Origin: Escherichia phage vB_EcoM_SQ17
Strand: one strand, 5' to 3'
DNA: 64,000 nt
Sequence record: MW882907
Of the stretch, positions 1-10,193 are shown in pieces. Position numbers and translations under genes: made by a program. Under the pieces are notes generated by a model that was not told where the DNA came from, ran no database searches, and saw only the letters and a program-made list of their open reading frames with translations. Within the stretch, counting starts at the first letter, position 1, and every line of letters begins with the position of its first letter.

Positions 1-1323
1 ATCATGCAATGGAGCTACTTTAAACGTTCCTGCTATTGTTTCTGGGCTAATATTCACTTGGCGAATAATACTTGGATACAGAGATGTAAGGTCGAAACTC
101 ATTACATATTTGTATCGATTTGGAATAGGTTCCTTAACAAAAGCGCCGGGATAAGGTTGAACCGGGTGAGAACGACCTTGTGGAATCACCTTGTTCTGCT
201 CTTTAAGGCTATTAAAAATAATAGCATCCCATGTTTTAATTGGGCTAAACACAGATTGAATCTGTATCTTAGCATAATAACCCATGTCCAAACTCAAGTT
301 GATGAACTGACGCTTAGCATCAATTTGCAATACACGATACACGTCGATAATGTTATAAGAAATATATCGTTGGTGATTGCTTTCACGAAGCTTAGAAATA
401 GGGCCGTCATATTTCAGTTTACCAACGTTCAATTCAAATTCTGAAATGTAATCCAGAGAATATGACGGTTGATTGGTAAAAGAGAATTTTTTGTAAAGGT
501 CAATGTAATCAAGAACAGAGATACCGAACAATGTAATGATTTCACGAGAACCATACATGTTTTCAATAACTTTAACACGAGTTTTACGATGTGGTGATAA
601 ACGTTTCGCAGTAGATTCGCCAAAAATATTCTTGATTCGGTTATACACATATGGAATATCAAATGACTCAACGTTCCATCCAGTCAAAATGACAGGAGTT
701 TTCTGTTGCCAGAAGTTGAGATATTCCATCAACAATTCTTTTTCGTTATAGAACGGCATATAAATGATTTTATCGATAATTTCAGATGGAACTTCATCTC
801 CACCTTGTTCTTGAAGCTTAGCCGCAATTTCGATAGACCATTCTTCTACATTACCATATGGAGAATTCAATAGATCAAATACGTAGAACCTGTCGTCAAT
901 TGAGTCATAATGGGTGATAGCATCAATCGGATGTTTTGCTTGTGATGGCTCAGGGAACCCATCCGGAGATGTTACTTCGATGTCGAAGTTAGCCACACGA
1001 ATTTTTGTATGGTCGTATTTGATTTCATAGTTATAAGTGTCAGACAAATACGCCAATTTGAAATCGTCCATGCCAAGTGCTTCAAGACCGATATCTTCCA
1101 TGCGTTTAATCCATTGTGAGGCATCACGCATATTAGCGAACAACTTACGAGTACACGGCTTACCGTAGATATCGAAATATTTCGTAGCCTGACTTTCCGG
1201 ACAATGAGCAAACAGTGATGGTTTATATTCTACTTCACGAGTACGTTCACGGCCGTTAGAATCGATGTAACGTTCAAAAATTGAATCACCAATCTGTTCA
1301 ACCGTTAAGTAAAATTCTTTCAT
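1..1323 (-). CDS. 43: DNA polymerase gp43, N-terminal portion (gene continues beyond window start)
   Basis: Minus-strand ATG at 1323 opens a frame reading MKEFYLTVEQIGDSIFERYIDSNGRERTRE... ...DIEVTSPDGFPEP...; run to position 1 not fully checked for stops; absent from ORF track because edge-truncated; RB69-type family B polymerase N-terminus (from memory). Confidence 0.9.
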   Translation of the reverse strand, partial: MKEFYLTVEQIGDSIFERYIDSNGRERTREVEYKPSLFAHCPESQATKYFDIYGKPCTRKLFANMRDASQWIKRMEDIGLEALGMDDFKLAYLSDTYNYEIKYDHTKIRVANFDIEVTSPDGFPEPSQAKHPIDAITHYDSIDDRFYVFDLLNSPYGNVEEWSIEIAAKLQEQGGDEVPSEIIDKIIYMPFYNEKELLMEYLNFWQQKTPVILTGWNVESFDIPYVYNRIKNIFGESTAKRLSPHRKTRVKVIENMYGSREIITLFGISVLDYIDLYKKFSFTNQPSYSLDYISEFELNVGKLKYDGPISKLRESNHQRYISYNIIDVYRVLQIDAKRQFINLSLDMGYYAKIQIQSVFSPIKTWDAIIFNSLKEQNKVIPQGRSHPVQPYPGAFVKEPIPNRYKYVMSFDLTSLYPSIIRQVNISPETIAGTFKVAPLHD

Positions 1324-1370
1324 TTAATTTCCTTTAGACGAGTTATTGTCTTTTGTTTGTTGATGAACTT

Positions 1371-1398
1371 ATTATACTCCAAATGGGACCGAAGTCCC
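1371..1398 (-). promoter_or_regulatory. regA-43 intergenic element: -10-like TATAAT plus GGGAC-TTCG-GTCCC stem-loop
   Basis: Plus attata at 1371-1376 (TATAAT on minus); perfect 5-bp stem with TTCG loop at 1385-1398; lies between regA stop and gene 43 start. Confidence 0.3.
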
Positions 1399-1404
1399 AT
1401 TGCT

Positions 1405-1773
1405 TTAATTACCAATTGTATATTTTGCTTTCAAAGTCCAGTCATCTTTCTGTTTAAAAGAGATAACACGGAAGTTATTAGTCAGGCCAAACAGATCTTC
1501 ACGAGCAGAGTCTTCAATAACAATCAATCCCCAGTCTTCAAGCAACTGAGCAATCGAATCACGTCGCTGATAGTCTTCACCGTCAATATCAACCTGACGT
1601 CCGTCCATACGCAACATTTCTTTAAAGTGGACGATGTAATATTTACCCTGCTTTTGGAGGATATGACAAGACTGGTAAAGGACTTTATCCTTGTTATTAG
1701 CGATGCCCATACGGGTCAAAGTCTCTTTGACTTTCAGAAAATCTTCAGGGTTCTTCAATTTAATTTCAATCAT
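1405..1773 (-). CDS. regA: translational repressor RegA
   Basis: 122-aa product MIEIKLKNPEDFLKVKETLTRMGIANNKDKVLYQSCHILQ...; conserved position between 62 and 43; second in-frame ATG chosen to avoid overlap with gene 62. Confidence 0.8.
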   Translation of the reverse strand: MIEIKLKNPEDFLKVKETLTRMGIANNKDKVLYQSCHILQKQGKYYIVHFKEMLRMDGRQVDIDGEDYQRRDSIAQLLEDWGLIVIEDSAREDLFGLTNNFRVISFKQKDDWTLKAKYTIGN

Positions 1774-1775
1774 TT

Positions 1776-2339
1776 TTACCATTCCAATGCTAATTTTTTA
1801 AATTGTTTTTGTTCTTTCACATTTTTTGTAACTTCTTTGAGAAACTCATCAGTGACCATGGCCTTCAGTTCTTTAAGGACTATTGGCAACTTGTTATTTT
1901 TTTCAAGGAGCCGCTTATACTCAGTAGCATCATTCATGTTGATTGTGTAATGTTTCATCAACAGTTTGATAACTAGTAACTCTGAAGTGTCTTCGACTAG
2001 TTTAGCCCATTTAGAGAATCGACGACCACGTGGAATTGCCGCCATCATATAGTTGAAGTGCGCTTCATCACTTAATTCAGAACCGACTAAGTTCATCATG
2101 TAAACAGCTGGCATACATTCTGGGAACTGGGATAATGAGTTCTCAACCATAAATTTTGAGTAGTCGACCTGAGCAATTGACATAGATTTCTTTTCATTAA
2201 TAGCATTAATGATTTTAAAGAATTCATTCTCAGGTTTTTCTTTAAACATATCAGCACATTTTTGAATCGCATCAGCGTCATTAGACTTCCATGCAATTTG
2301 GTGCTCGTTAAGCTGGACGTCATCATCGAATAAGTTCAT
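1776..2339 (-). CDS. 62: clamp loader small subunit gp62
   Basis: 187-aa ORF, ATG start, immediately downstream of gene 44 in the conserved 44-62-regA-43 order. Confidence 0.85.
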   Translation of the reverse strand: MNLFDDDVQLNEHQIAWKSNDADAIQKCADMFKEKPENEFFKIINAINEKKSMSIAQVDYSKFMVENSLSQFPECMPAVYMMNLVGSELSDEAHFNYMMAAIPRGRRFSKWAKLVEDTSELLVIKLLMKHYTINMNDATEYKRLLEKNNKLPIVLKELKAMVTDEFLKEVTKNVKEQKQFKKLALEW

Positions 2340-2340
2340 A

Positions 2341-3303
2341 TTATTTCCAAGTCAGTTCGCAGGTCAGTTGAAGAAGCATATACATAACATGTAATTCAAT
2401 ATTACTTGCTAATCCATGAAACTTATTGTTTTCGCCTGCAATTTCGTAAAGCGAAATAATACTTTTACCAGGTGCAACTTGGTCATAACATTCTGAAACT
2501 AATTTATCGATGAACCATGAATAATCTGCGGCATATTTTGGAGCTAATGCACGAAGTTGTTTGATATCTTTGTTCTTCATTGCTTCGATAACATCAGAGA
2601 CTGTGCCACGGTCATTAGTTACGATAGACAAAATACCCGCATCAAGAACACCTTTAGACGAGTACTGGTCTAATTGACCAATTGTACGACGAAAGTCCGG
2701 GAAGTTCTTTTTAACCAGAGCTGCAACAACTTTCATATCAGCGATTTCGATATTTTCATTCTTACAGATTTCAACCATACGATGAATCATTTTCTTCATC
2801 ATCGAGATTTTATCTTCTTCGGTTGGACGACCGAATTCGATAACTCGGCAACGACTACGTAATGGTTCAATAATTCCATCGATGTTGTTAGCAGTAATAA
2901 CAATAGAGCAGTTACTAGAGAATTCTTCCATAAACGTACGAAGGTGACGTTGTGATTCGGCGAGGCCACTACGGTCAAATTCATCAATAACAATAACTTT
3001 AGGCTTGCCTTCCATTGAGACTGAACGAGCGAATGCAGTTAACGGTCCCCGTACAAAATCAATCTTACAATCAGAACCGTTGACGAACATCATTTCAGCG
3101 TTGATATCATTACATAATGCTTTTGCTACGGTTGTTTTACCTGTACCAGGAGAAGGAGAGTGCAAAATAATATGAGGAAGTTTTCCTTTAGATACTAAAG
3201 ACTTGAATGTTTCATGGTCATACGCAGGCAGAATACATTCGTCAATGGAAGAAGGACGATATTTCTGTTCTAGAATGTGTTCTTTGGAATTGATAGTAAT
3301 CAT
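2341..3303 (-). CDS. 44: clamp loader ATPase subunit gp44
   Basis: 320-aa ORF with Walker [12 protein letters not shown], Walker B VIVIDEFD and sensor motifs typical of RFC-like clamp loaders. Confidence 0.9.
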   Translation of the reverse strand: MITINSKEHILEQKYRPSSIDECILPAYDHETFKSLVSKGKLPHIILHSPSPGTGKTTVAKALCNDINAEMMFVNGSDCKIDFVRGPLTAFARSVSMEGKPKVIVIDEFDRSGLAESQRHLRTFMEEFSSNCSIVITANNIDGIIEPLRSRCRVIEFGRPTEEDKISMMKKMIHRMVEICKNENIEIADMKVVAALVKKNFPDFRRTIGQLDQYSSKGVLDAGILSIVTNDRGTVSDVIEAMKNKDIKQLRALAPKYAADYSWFIDKLVSECYDQVAPGKSIISLYEIAGENNKFHGLASNIELHVMYMLLQLTCELTWK

Positions 3304-3378
3304 GTAATTTTCCTCATTATCATTAAACTGGAGGATTTCTCCTCCATAATCGTATCACAATAAACGTAAAGCTTTGAC

Positions 3379-4065
3379 TTAGAAGTCGTGAGTAGAATCG
3401 GCTTCCATCGCAATAACATAACTTACTTGAGAGCTTTCAAACTTGGCTGCAACTTTATCACCAGCTCCCCACAACATTACTTTATAGTTACCTGGCTGGA
3501 TTTTCATATTAGCCATATTGATTACGAAGTTAAAATTGTTAGAACCGTCATAATCGGTAAGAGTCAAAGAATACTTAGGACGAGTTAGTCCAGAATCTTC
3601 AACTTTATTGTAACCATTGATAACAATTTTACCATCTTTATTTGTAATAGCAATTGTATCAATCTGAAGACCACGTGAAACTCGAAGCAATTGTTGAAGG
3701 TCTTCAGCTTTAATTTCAGTAATCACAGAAGCCACTGGGAATTGAATTGGCTTATTAGGAAAAACAATGGTGCTCTTGTCAGCGGCAGGCCAATAAACCG
3801 TGGAACGTGTATCTGCAATTTTAATATTGCCATCAGTGTGCATTGAAATTTCAGCATCATCAGACACTAGACTCAAAATGCTTAAGAAGCTATTCAAATC
3901 ATAAAGTGCTACGTCAAAATCAATTTCATCAGAGATATTTGCTTCCGCATAAGTGGTGCCATTAACTGCACGAGTCATAATAAATTTACCTTGACTCAGC
4001 AGAATGCCGGAGTTAATAGAGGCAAAGTTTTTCAGAATAGCGATAGTATCTTTAGACAGTTTCAT
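3379..4065 (-). CDS. 45: sliding clamp gp45
   Basis: ATG at 4065 gives MKLSKDTIAILKNFASINSGILLSQGKFIMTRAVNG... (228 aa); matches phage sliding-clamp sequence of RB69 type from memory; track start upstream is TTG. Confidence 0.9.
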   Translation of the reverse strand: MKLSKDTIAILKNFASINSGILLSQGKFIMTRAVNGTTYAEANISDEIDFDVALYDLNSFLSILSLVSDDAEISMHTDGNIKIADTRSTVYWPAADKSTIVFPNKPIQFPVASVITEIKAEDLQQLLRVSRGLQIDTIAITNKDGKIVINGYNKVEDSGLTRPKYSLTLTDYDGSNNFNFVINMANMKIQPGNYKVMLWGAGDKVAAKFESSQVSYVIAMEADSTHDF

Positions 4066-4107
4066 TTTATTTCCTTTCAAGACAATTCAAAGTTTATAAC
4101 AAATTTA

Positions 4108-4524
4108 TTATGCAGCAACCATCTGCTTTTTAATAGCTTCAGGCAGTGATTCAATATATTCTGGAATTTTAGAAGCAACAATTTCACCAGCTGCAATTAG
4201 TTGTTCGTCGGCATCAACACAGTAGAAATCTTCCAGACGCTCAGAACCATCTTTATCAAGAACGATTTTTCCGCCAGCTTCAATAGAATCTTTATAGTGC
4301 TTACGCATCAGATGAATCCACATATCAGATACATCGTTATCAATAAAACCATAAATCATAAAACGAGTTTCTTGTGGCAAAGATTGGAGTTTTTTGGCAC
4401 TTGCGTCATCACAATGCAGGACCCATGCTTTACGAACACGATTATGGTTATGTGGGTTAGCGTCAGTACGGATAGAAGTAACTTTCAGATCAGCAGCAGT
4501 GAAACCTTTAGCAGTAGTAAACAT
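4108..4524 (-). CDS. rpbA: RNA polymerase binding protein RpbA-like
   Basis: 138-aa ORF in the T4 rpbA position between 45.2 and 45; assignment by synteny and size only. Confidence 0.5.
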   Translation of the reverse strand: MFTTAKGFTAADLKVTSIRTDANPHNHNRVRKAWVLHCDDASAKKLQSLPQETRFMIYGFIDNDVSDMWIHLMRKHYKDSIEAGGKIVLDKDGSERLEDFYCVDADEQLIAAGEIVASKIPEYIESLPEAIKKQMVAA

Positions 4525-4536
4525 ATTATTTCTCTC

Positions 4537-4737
4537 TTATTCGTAGAAGTCGGTAACTGTCCATGCGGAATTGCGATTAGACATTATTTTATTATACTCA
4601 TCTTTAAAAGCAGATTTGAGCATTTGTTCAGTAACAATATGTTCTTCACCTGAAAACGTATTGGTCAAAACATATTTTTTAATTTCAGGGACAACGAGAA
4701 GATGTTGTCCGGTTGAATACTCCATGTTGTTCTCCAT
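4537..4737 (-). CDS. hypothetical protein (45.2-like small ORF)
   Basis: 66-aa ORF, ATG start, between gene 46 and rpbA. Confidence 0.45.
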   Translation of the reverse strand: MENNMEYSTGQHLLVVPEIKKYVLTNTFSGEEHIVTEQMLKSAFKDEYNKIMSNRNSAWTVTDFYE

Positions 4738-4779
4738 TTAATTTGATGTGGTCATTATAACCACATCGTGTTAAAGCGT

Positions 4780-6468
4780 TTATGAAACAGTCATTACAGT
4801 AAATCGTCCAACTTTGCTCATTTGAAGATGTTGTCCATAAGCTTGTGGGTCATGGTCTCTGTGACTAATTATAAACACGTTTGCATCGGTTAGAGAGTTA
4901 AGAATTGTTGAAATAGCTTTAATACCTTCAGAATCAGTCGCGGAATCCATGACTTCGTCCATAATTAATGTATTGATTCTAACACCAGAGACCTTTTCAG
5001 CAATATCTCGCCATGTAAACAACAATGCGATATCGATACGCGCTTTTTCGCCTTGACTAAATGAAGCATAACTGAACTCTTCACGGCCACGTGATTTTAT
5101 AGATTCATTGAATTCTTCATCAATAGAAAACACGTAATCAGCTTCCATGATTTTAAGATAATGGTTAATCTGCTTGTTGAACAGAGGCACATATTTTTTA
5201 ATGATAGCACCTTTAATACCAGAATCTTTTAACATATCTGTGATAATACCACGATGGTATTTTTCAAGAACGATATCAGATTTTGTTTTAATGATTTTAT
5301 CAAGTTCTTTTTGAAGCAAAGCTATCTCATCGGCATGGTCGATAAATTCCGCTGAGGCTTGTTCTATTGCAGCTTTAACTTTCTTAGCTTTATCAATAGT
5401 GGCAATCATTGCTTGTTTCTTGGTACGAATATCAGATGCAAGGTCCTGTTTAGTCTTAACATTAGCTCTATATTCGTCCACTAGGACACTCAGATTATCT
5501 CTGTGACATGTAAGTTGCTCGAATGAGTGATTACATTCGTGAAGCTTATCGGTAATCTTAGAGACAATAGGATCACCCTGGTGCAACTGTGATGCACAAG
5601 TAGGACATGTGCCACCGTCATGATACATCTTAATAACTTTGTTATATGAGTCGATTTTAGATTTAATCAAGAATGCTTCTTGTCCGATCTTGTTGAATGC
5701 CTCAGTAGGGTCTTCATCAAGAACGATATTAAGTAGACGCTCGTTAGCTTCTTCGATTTCTGCTTTTAATGAACGAGCTTCTTTGGCTAGGTCGTCATAC
5801 ATATTCTGTAGACGCGCTACATTATCACCAGATAATTTCTTTTGACGTTCGATATTCTCGTTATAAATCTTAATTTGTTGGATAATACCATCTTTCTTGG
5901 CGTCGAGAACTTGTCCCTGGGAATTAAGTTCTCGAACTTGAGACTTATTGATTTTATCCATTTCAGCGAGTGTGCCGACTTCTAAAAGGTCTTCGACAAG
6001 TTTTCTACGAGCAGGGGTGCTAAGAGCCATGAAAGGGGTATACCCTGCCGTCCCAAGCACAACGATTTGTTTAAAAGACGCGTATGACATTCCGATGCTA
6101 CGTTCAAATTCTTCTTGGAAGTCACGACTGCTGGCAGATTCATCGAGACGAACACCGTCAACGGAGATTTCGAAAATATTGGGCTTTTGGCCACGTTTAA
6201 TGAAGTATTTTTTACCATCGAATTCCATCCAAAGCTCAACTAAGAGCTCTTTCTTGTTCGTGCTATTAATGATTTGCCCTTTCTTAACATCACGAAATGG
6301 TTTACCGAAAAGTCCGAAAGTAATGGCTTCTAACATCGTAGATTTACCACCACCATTTTTACCTGTGATTAAGGTCTTTTGGACTTTATCTAATTGGATA
6401 TCGATAAAATTTTGCCCAACAGACATTATATTTTTATAACGAACACGATTTAATTTAAATGTTTTCAC
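4780..6468 (-). CDS. 46: recombination endonuclease subunit gp46 (Rad50/SbcC-like ATPase)
   Basis: 562-aa ORF; N-terminal Walker A GKNGGGKST, long coiled-coil middle, C-terminal signature and Walker B LIMDEVMDS; start codon appears to be GTG. Confidence 0.9.
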   Translation of the reverse strand: MKTFKLNRVRYKNIMSVGQNFIDIQLDKVQKTLITGKNGGGKSTMLEAITFGLFGKPFRDVKKGQIINSTNKKELLVELWMEFDGKKYFIKRGQKPNIFEISVDGVRLDESASSRDFQEEFERSIGMSYASFKQIVVLGTAGYTPFMALSTPARRKLVEDLLEVGTLAEMDKINKSQVRELNSQGQVLDAKKDGIIQQIKIYNENIERQKKLSGDNVARLQNMYDDLAKEARSLKAEIEEANERLLNIVLDEDPTEAFNKIGQEAFLIKSKIDSYNKVIKMYHDGGTCPTCASQLHQGDPIVSKITDKLHECNHSFEQLTCHRDNLSVLVDEYRANVKTKQDLASDIRTKKQAMIATIDKAKKVKAAIEQASAEFIDHADEIALLQKELDKIIKTKSDIVLEKYHRGIITDMLKDSGIKGAIIKKYVPLFNKQINHYLKIMEADYVFSIDEEFNESIKSRGREEFSYASFSQGEKARIDIALLFTWRDIAEKVSGVRINTLIMDEVMDSATDSEGIKAISTILNSLTDANVFIISHRDHDPQAYGQHLQMSKVGRFTVMTVS

Positions 6469-7315
6469 TTAAATTTTTCCTCATGAATTCAGAAACTAAA
6501 GCCTGTAAAGAACTTTGTATAGGATATCCTAAATTGACTAAATTTTTAGAAAAAGTCACATATTTAGGTTTGTTCATTTTAACCCATTCAACGTAAAGCA
6601 TATCAAAATTTTCCCAATGATATCCTTTTCTTCTAGATTTCAAATGAGTGTCTCTAACTTTAGGATTTTTCCAACTGCGTGAAACTCCAGCCGATAATGA
6701 TTCTCTATATTCGGCTGTTTTAGATATTTTACGACAAGCATCCAAATGTTTTTGTTTATTAATAGGGTCACTAAACCACTTTTGGGTCATAATAGAGACG
6801 GTTTCTTTAAATTCCTTTGAACTTGTCATAATTCTGTGTTTCTTTAAATTTTCCGGATTTTTAAACCATGCTTTTAAAGCTTGACTAATCTTAATTCTAT
6901 TATCCTGATTGGAATAGTATAATGTCATTTTTATAGAATTAACTTTACAAACATTTTCGAATTCTAAAGAATACACCTCGGCTATATTATTTAGTTCATG
7001 CGTTGTACAATTTAAATTAAATCGCCCGGTATACATTCTTTGAAGCGCGTTAATCATCTTGTGGTTGCCAGTTTTTGCCAAAATGCTATGTGCAATAAAA
7101 TGGTTATAATGACTTAAATGACACAAGTTCCATTTACATGTTTTAAAATCTGGAAAAATAGATTTTGGTAGTATATGGTGAACCTGAGTCAGTCCTTTTA
7201 CTTTATTAGTGGAATTAGTTTTTATAAAGTTTAAATACTCATCAAGTCCTTCCCACGAAGGGAAGGAGGTTTTAAGAATTTTATAAATTTGAGTTTCATA
7301 ATCAGTCTTCGTCAT
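6455..7315 (-). CDS. free-standing HNH homing endonuclease-like protein with NUMOD3-type repeats
   Basis: ATG at 7315; motif VHHILPKS...NLCHLSHYNHFIAH (His-His...Asn...His); three C-terminal repeats of W(F/K)(K/S)(N/D)P...(K/T)H; sits between 46 and 47. Confidence 0.6.
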   Translation of the reverse strand: MTKTDYETQIYKILKTSFPSWEGLDEYLNFIKTNSTNKVKGLTQVHHILPKSIFPDFKTCKWNLCHLSHYNHFIAHSILAKTGNHKMINALQRMYTGRFNLNCTTHELNNIAEVYSLEFENVCKVNSIKMTLYYSNQDNRIKISQALKAWFKNPENLKKHRIMTSSKEFKETVSIMTQKWFSDPINKQKHLDACRKISKTAEYRESLSAGVSRSWKNPKVRDTHLKSRRKGYHWENFDMLYVEWVKMNKPKYVTFSKNLVNLGYPIQSSLQALVSEFMRKNLSENI

Positions 7316-7559
7316 TATACGCGTCCTCAATACATGCTTCAGCCATTTTAAGAATAGAGCCAGGAGTATCGTTGTCCATTATATTAAAGCTAAATTCAAT
7401 AGCCCAGTCGGTGCAGACATGAACTGCTTTAACTTCATTGCCTTCAACGCGTAATGGCTCAATCCAATACTTGATAGTGTTCTCGAATCCATCATCGTCT
7501 TTAACGTCCATTTCAACTTCAAGTCGAAGCCCAGCATTATTAAATTCATCTAAAGTCAT
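7302..7559 (-). CDS. hypothetical acidic protein
   Basis: 85-aa ORF, ATG start overlapping gene 47 stop (ATGA); acidic composition. Confidence 0.5.
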   Translation of the reverse strand: MTLDEFNNAGLRLEVEMDVKDDDGFENTIKYWIEPLRVEGNEVKAVHVCTDWAIEFSFNIMDNDTPGSILKMAEACIEDAYNDED

Positions 7560-8575
7560 TGTGTTGCCTCAATATAAAGTTCGTTGGAATATTTGACCAG
7601 CGCTTCTCTGTCTTCGTCTGAGATATCTGGAATCGCGTCAATATATTCTTTAATGATATCTTGAAGTGATTTAATCTCGATTTCCTGGTCGTCATCAGAT
7701 TCAACACTGTTATCAACTTTAGAAACCATACGAAGAGAGTGAACTACTTTTTCAAGTTCGGATTCAAACTTAGTCAACTCTAAATCAATTTCTGATACTA
7801 TAACACGTAAGGCTAGATTAGTATAATCAGAATAATTGATTTTGCCTTTAAACGGATAAGTGATTCGTCGATGCCATGTTGTTTCATTAGGAATAAATTC
7901 CATACGTTCAACATCAGTGTCAAATACCCAGAATCCGCGTGGGTCGTTTTCATCACCTGCAGTAAGGGTCCATGGTGTCCCAATATATTTAACGTTAGCA
8001 GCTTCAGAGATTGTGTGGAAGTGGCCGGACCAGACTTGTTTATAGGTCTTTAAGAAATCAGGTTCAAGCCCATGAGACTTCATTCCTTTATAGAAATAAA
8101 AACCATTCAGTTCCCAGTGCCCAACACAATACGCTGCGGAAGAAGTCTTGATGTGCTCTAAGATTTCACCTGTATTTTCTTCGCACATCCATGGAACGAT
8201 ATCAATCAGACATCCGTCAAAATCTACGGTAGTTGGATGCTCGTAAATAGTAAAGTTTTCAAATTGAGTTAACAATTCAGAAACAGTGTTAGGTGTTATT
8301 GTATTCTTAAACGCCATGTCATGGTTTCCTATCGTGACATGAACGTGAATGCCTGCTTTAGAAATCATATCAACGATTTCACGATTGAATTCCATTGTAC
8401 GATGTGTTATTGCTTTACGGACGTCAAACCAATCACCGTACTGAATCCAAGTTTTAATCCCGTGTTTCTTAGAGTATTCAATTGCTTGACGAATACCATC
8501 ACGTTGAATATCTTGAACCCATGGGTCATCTTGTTTGACTCCGATATGGAAGTCGCCTAAGTGCAAAATTTTCAT
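7556..8575 (-). CDS. 47: recombination endonuclease subunit gp47 (Mre11/SbcD-like phosphoesterase)
   Basis: 339-aa ORF starting MKILHLGDFHIG; calcineurin-like phosphoesterase motifs (GDxH, GNHD, GHxH). Confidence 0.9.
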   Translation of the reverse strand: MKILHLGDFHIGVKQDDPWVQDIQRDGIRQAIEYSKKHGIKTWIQYGDWFDVRKAITHRTMEFNREIVDMISKAGIHVHVTIGNHDMAFKNTITPNTVSELLTQFENFTIYEHPTTVDFDGCLIDIVPWMCEENTGEILEHIKTSSAAYCVGHWELNGFYFYKGMKSHGLEPDFLKTYKQVWSGHFHTISEAANVKYIGTPWTLTAGDENDPRGFWVFDTDVERMEFIPNETTWHRRITYPFKGKINYSDYTNLALRVIVSEIDLELTKFESELEKVVHSLRMVSKVDNSVESDDDQEIEIKSLQDIIKEYIDAIPDISDEDREALVKYSNELYIEATQ

Positions 8576-8620
8576 ATTATTTCCTCATTAGTTAATTCAT
8601 TCTATCATCCGTTTATAAAG

Positions 8621-8646
8621 CAAAAAAAGGAACTCCGAAGAGTTCC
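8621..8646 (-). terminator. rho-independent terminator
   Basis: On minus strand GGAACTC-TTCG-GAGTTCC followed by TTTTTTTG; just upstream (in transcript terms) of gene 47. Confidence 0.5.
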
Positions 8647-8819
8647 TATCCACATAGTACACCGTACAGAGGCTCATTTGAACTTTTAAATCGAATGGGC
8701 TTGTATGTAATAGTTCCTTCGGCTTTAGCTTTATCATAAGACTCTTTAAAACGTCTCATTCTTTCTGCTTTGCCTTTACGGATTTTATCGAAATTTTCAG
8801 AAGTCGGGATGTTCGTCAT
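8646..8819 (-). CDS. hypothetical small protein (below ORF-track cutoff)
   Basis: Hand translation MTNIPTSENFDKIRKGKAERMRRFKESYDKAKAEGTITYKPIRFKSSNEPLYGVLCG, ATG start, stop abuts the terminator hairpin. Confidence 0.3.
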   Translation of the reverse strand: MTNIPTSENFDKIRKGKAERMRRFKESYDKAKAEGTITYKPIRFKSSNEPLYGVLCG

Positions 8820-8858
8820 GCATAAGCACCTCTCAGAAAATACCTAAATCGATTTCTC

Positions 8859-9080
8859 TCATCGTTTCCACCATTTCTTAACTTGAAATGAATCAACCCA
8901 CACGAGTTGTTTTGGGTCTGCCTTTACAATAGGCGGACAAATTTCTGTAATAGAACCGTCGTGATATTCCTTTTCAGAGATTTTAACACAAAGAGGACCT
9001 CCCAATTTAAGGGTGAACCCTGCGTTCAGCTTCAGTCGTTTAAACTTTGTTTGAACTAGCGCCATTAATGATGTCCTCAA
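8859..9080 (-). CDS. hypothetical protein
   Basis: 73-aa ORF from track; overlaps neighbouring ORF by 41 nt, start uncertain. Confidence 0.3.
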   Translation of the reverse strand: MRTSLMALVQTKFKRLKLNAGFTLKLGGPLCVKISEKEYHDGSITEICPPIVKADPKQLVWVDSFQVKKWWKR

Positions 9081-9363
9081 TAGCCTGACGAGTAGTAACC
9101 CACTGGATTTTAATTAACTTGTCATTGTATGGTTGTCGTAGAATATCCCGAGATTTCTTAATAGCATATTCGTAAGCTTCGAAGTTGTTTTGAATTGCTG
9201 CTTCTTGAGCATGAGCATAAAGACGGTTTAGTTCAAAACGATTCTTTTTAAGAATCTTTTCGGATTTTTTACGTGCTTCAGCTTCATTTTTCTTTTGGAT
9301 TTCTTGTAGCATTTTAGCTACTGCATCTTCTGCTTCTTTATTTTCAATAATCTCGGTAGTCAT
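9040..9363 (-). CDS. hypothetical protein
   Basis: 107-aa ORF, ATG start, lysine/glutamate-rich predicted helical protein. Confidence 0.5.
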   Translation of the reverse strand: MTTEIIENKEAEDAVAKMLQEIQKKNEAEARKKSEKILKKNRFELNRLYAHAQEAAIQNNFEAYEYAIKKSRDILRQPYNDKLIKIQWVTTRQAIEDIINGASSNKV

Positions 9364-9364
9364 A

Positions 9365-9580
9365 TTATCTCATTAAATTAAAATAAAAACGTCCATCCTC
9401 TTCAATACAGAACTCATACTCAACCGGAGTCCCATTTATCGAAAATGACACGTCATGTGGGTTCAAAGGGTCGATGTCAAAATTAATTTTAAATTCACGA
9501 CCCAACAGTTTTACCAAATAAGGGATTGCTTCGTCAAAAGGTTCTTCTAAGTAGTTAGAGATGTCAATTGTCATCCTCAT
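9365..9580 (-). CDS. hypothetical protein
   Basis: Track ORF 9365..9658 trimmed to internal ATG ([15 protein letters not shown]...) to limit overlap with gene 55. Confidence 0.4.
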   Translation of the reverse strand: MRMTIDISNYLEEPFDEAIPYLVKLLGREFKINFDIDPLNPHDVSFSINGTPVEYEFCIEEDGRFYFNLMR

Positions 9581-10121
9581 ATAAAAAATCCAAACTAGGC
9601 GAATCGCTAACAACTTCCTTCTTTTCAGCCCCAGGAGCTTTATAAGCGGATTCTTCATAATGCGTCATTTTATCGTAGATGTCTTGAATAAACGTTTCAT
9701 CTACCAACGCTACCATATCATCGTCATGACTGTCGTAGACATTATGAACGAAGTAACTATATTTCTTTGCAACTTCCTTACGTTCTTTTTTGATACGTTG
9801 GACAAAAGCATTAAAACAAGCTCGAGTTATGTATGCATGTGGGTTATTGTACTTAGTTTCGTCGAAATTATGAAGTCCCTTAATAGAGGCTTCAATCCCA
9901 TCTGCAATCATCTCCTGCTTCCAAGACTGGGTATATCCTGAAAAGTTGAAACGTTTGGACAGGCCTTCGGCGATAAGCATAATTGCTAAACCGATGGTAT
10001 CATTCTGACGAATAATTTTGTTTGGGTCTTTATTATTTAAGAGCTCCTTTTTCCACTCGATTATAGCGGCGAGAAGCTCTTTATTATTCACATAGTTATT
10101 TTTAGGTTTTTGTTCAGTCAT
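9564..10121 (-). CDS. 55: late transcription sigma factor gp55
   Basis: ATG at 10121 gives [25 protein letters not shown]...; 185 aa, matches the T4-family gp55 architecture; track start upstream is TTG. Confidence 0.85.
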   Translation of the reverse strand: MTEQKPKNNYVNNKELLAAIIEWKKELLNNKDPNKIIRQNDTIGLAIMLIAEGLSKRFNFSGYTQSWKQEMIADGIEASIKGLHNFDETKYNNPHAYITRACFNAFVQRIKKERKEVAKKYSYFVHNVYDSHDDDMVALVDETFIQDIYDKMTHYEESAYKAPGAEKKEVVSDSPSLDFLYEDDN

Positions 10122-10193
10122 AAGTACCTCTTGGCTCAATTCATAGGTCTATTATATCATAATATTTAGAGACCTATCTTAAAGCACGAGATA

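Noticed and set aside
4-1950. Plus-strand ORFs (4..444, 536..751, 1357..1950) inside the DNA polymerase and regA/62 region
   Set aside because: They are antisense to well-supported minus-strand genes, have no motifs, and are typical shadow frames in AT-rich DNA.
5639-6439. Plus- and minus-strand alternative-frame ORFs within gene 46
   Set aside because: Fully embedded in the gp46 coding sequence, which has clear Walker motifs in the annotated frame.
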